Shown one piece after another: positions 63,487 through 64,000 of a stretch of DNA of 64,000 bases. The DNA is from a virus: the IMG/VR virus record IMGVR_UViG_3300017992_000019, positions 30,892-94,891 of that record. One strand, written 5' to 3'. The translations under genes and the position numbers were made by a program. Positions within the stretch are counted from its first letter, which is position 1. Each line of letters starts with the position of its first letter. The notes below the pieces were generated by a model. The model was not told the DNA's origin. It did not search any database and saw only the letters and a program-made list of their open reading frames with translations.

Positions 63487-63763
63487 GTTGATCAGGCGGG
63501 CGCGTGAGGCCGCGCGAGGCACGGGCAACCGTGAGCTCCTCCTCGAGCTCGCAACCTCTCTCGAGGAGCACGCCGACACCGTCGAGACTGCGATCGAGGT
63601 CGTGCACAACAAAGAGATCGCTCACGTGCTGATCTATCCGGTCAAGGGAGACCCGGTCGGTTTTCTCGAATACCTCGAGCGGGTTGGAGGCAAACACAAA
63701 CCACCTCGCAACACGTCGCTCGACGAGGCTCTCAACTCGGGCGACGGGAGTTACAAACCATGA
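63470..63763 (+). CDS. Hypothetical protein
   Basis: SD + GTG; ends 'LDEALNSGDGSYKP'. Confidence 0.5.
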   Translation: MQKTRELIRRAREAARGTGNRELLLELATSLEEHADTVETAIEVVHNKEIAHVLIYPVKGDPVGFLEYLERVGGKHKPPRNTSLDEALNSGDGSYKP

Positions 63764-64000
63764 AAGCGATCACACTCTGGCAACCGTGGGCAAGCATGGT
63801 CGCTCTCGGTCTCAAGAAAGTCGAAACCCGATCGTGGGGTCCGCGGCACCGGGGCCCGCTTGCGATCCATGCCGCGAAGTCGATCCCGATGGGAGCTCGA
63901 GCAATGGCAAGAGAGATCGCGCGGCAATTCGATCTCGACCTCGACTCACTCCCTCGAGGCAAGATCGTCGCGGTGTGTGTGCTCGACTCGATCAAGCCGA
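63760..64000 (+). CDS. ASCH-domain protein (3' truncated)
   Basis: 'MKAITLWQPWASMVALGLKKVETRSW...RGPLAIHAA'. Confidence 0.9.
   Translation, partial: MKAITLWQPWASMVALGLKKVETRSWGPRHRGPLAIHAAKSIPMGARAMAREIARQFDLDLDSLPRGKIVAVCVLDSIKP

Overview
This 64 kb window is part of a high-GC tailed phage genome with a contractile tail (myovirus). Essentially all credible genes are on the + strand. The order is: neck, tail, baseplate and fibre genes (1-27533); lysis and post-lysis genes (27547-30794); a 1.3 kb non-coding control region (30795-32087); an early/accessory operon (amidoligase, two gamma-glutamylcyclotransferases, UvrD, TOPRIM protein, SF2 helicase; 32088-42763); a replication/recombination operon (initiator, DnaC-like loader, DnaB, primase, family B polymerase, UvsY-like, SSB-like, RecA, Mre11/Rad50-like, RuvC-like; 42976-57899); and small genes including an MT-A70 methyltransferase and an ASCH protein. 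I saw no terminase, capsid, integrase, tRNA or CRISPR array. The most notable signal is non-coding. The early operon begins at a consensus sigma54 promoter followed by a boxA-like site and a long structured leader. It is then punctuated by RNA elements: a complete type II hammerhead ribozyme with pseudoknot (33064-33130); four copies of an unrecognised three-way-junction motif with covarying stems and a conserved CGACUUKUG junction, each just before a ribosome-binding site; and a second family of stalked hairpins with UCCC loops that is partly complementary to leader/terminator sequences. Other highlights are a PolB ending in a clamp-binding motif plus a DnaE-like C-terminal domain, and a 38-bp palindromic origin-like repeat present at two sites 2.4 kb apart. 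All protein calls come from motif recognition and synteny only; no searches were run.
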